From the NCBI GenBank assembly GCA_963708025.1, contig CAVPSB010000017.1:1-64000 (forward strand): a stretch of 64,000 nucleotides of DNA. The letters are read 5' to 3'. This document shows positions 63,142-64,000 of the stretch, one piece after another. The DNA is from an uncultured Candidatus Rokubacteria bacterium. Lineage in GTDB: Bacteria > Methylomirabilota > Methylomirabilia > Rokubacteriales > DASRDR01. Under the pieces are notes generated by a model, which made no database searches, was not told the origin of the DNA, and saw only the letters and a list, made by a program, of their open reading frames with translations. Position 1 is the stretch's first letter, and each line of letters opens with the position of its first letter. The translations under genes and the position numbers were made by a program.

Positions 63142-64000
63142 TCACAGAACCGGGCCGATGATCCAGGGCGCGAACTCCTCCTCGCCGACGCCGGCCTCCT
63201 CGCTCTTGGTCTTTTTCCCGGAAGCCACCGCGACGACCTCCTCGAAGATCTGGCGGCCGACGACGGGGAGCGGCGTCCCTTCCAGGATGACGCCGCAGTT
63301 GATGTCCATATCCTCTTCCATGTTGCGGTAGACGAGCGAGTTCGTCGCGAGCTTGATCGACGGCACCGGCTTGCACCCGAACACCGACCCGCGCCCGGTC
63401 GTGAAAACGACGATGTTGGCGCCGCCGGCAACCAGCCCGGTCACCGACACGGGGTCGTGGCCCGGGGTGTCCATGAACACGAAGCCGCGGGTCGTGATCG
63501 GCTCCCCGTAGAGGAAGACGTCGGTGAGCGGTGTGGTCCCGCCCTTGGTCACCCCGCCCAGCGATTTCTCGAAGACCGTGGTGAGGCCGCCCGCCTTGTT
63601 GCCGGGCGCCGGGTTGTTGTCCATCTCGGCGCCCAGCACCCGGCAGTAGTACTCCCACCACTTGAAACGATCGATCAGCTTCTTCGCCACCCCCTCGTTG
63701 ACCGCCCGCCGGATCAGGAGGTGCTCGGCGCCGTAGATCTCCGAGGTCTCGGCCAGCACGCCGGTGCCGCCGTAGCGCACCAGCTCGTCCACCGCCCAGC
63801 CGAGGGCCGGGTTGGCCGTGATCCCGGAGTTCCCGTCCGATCCGCCGCAGTTGGTGGCCAGGATCAGCTCGGAGACGGGCTGGCGCGTGCGCCGCGCCTC
63901 GTTCGCCACCGGCAGGAGCTGCTCCACGGCCTTGACCCCGGCCTCGATCGTCTTCCGGATCCCACCCGATTCCTGGATGGACAGGATCTTGGGACGCCCG
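63142..64000 (-). CDS. Altronate/galactarate dehydratase (UxaA/GarD family), 5' end outside window
   Basis: CGGSDGNSG, NPAPGNKAGG, EKSLG, FTTGRGS. Confidence 0.92.
   Translation of the reverse strand, partial: GRPKILSIQESGGIRKTIEAGVKAVEQLLPVANEARRTRQPVSELILATNCGGSDGNSGITANPALGWAVDELVRYGGTGVLAETSEIYGAEHLLIRRAVNEGVAKKLIDRFKWWEYYCRVLGAEMDNNPAPGNKAGGLTTVFEKSLGGVTKGGTTPLTDVFLYGEPITTRGFVFMDTPGHDPVSVTGLVAGGANIVVFTTGRGSVFGCKPVPSIKLATNSLVYRNMEEDMDINCGVILEGTPLPVVGRQIFEEVVAVASGKKTKSEEAGVGEEEFAPWIIGPVL

Overview
Very GC-rich bacterial window. Gene content and the many small Cys-rich proteins suggest Candidatus Rokubacteria/Methylomirabilota (inference, not a database result). Numerous single-base frameshifts look like uncorrected long-read indels. 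The left end (1-2.1 kb) is the edge of a decayed integrative element: an IS481-like transposase sits next to a tyrosine integrase C-terminal remnant, and the apparent att junction truncates a class V aminotransferase gene. Most of the window is catabolic: xylonate and altronate dehydratases, an enolase-superfamily enzyme, four 2-hydroxyacid dehydrogenases, two 2-oxoacid dehydrogenase E1 modules, sugar and Liv ABC transporters, LLM/PPOX oxidoreductases, a CoA-transferase and a thiolase. It also carries DAHP synthase, a beta-CASP nuclease, a small alarmone-hydrolase-like HD protein and TrkA. The 37.2-40.7 kb island holds chimeric gene remnants and three small CxxC-x17-23-HxxC zinc-finger proteins. 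The most striking non-genic signal is a set of at least five families of dispersed palindromic elements. They are placed at stop codons or directly before start codons, and a 20-bp hairpin module is nested inside two different families. Several 'collapsed' genes keep only their start and/or end. I recognised no rRNA, tRNA or CRISPR array.
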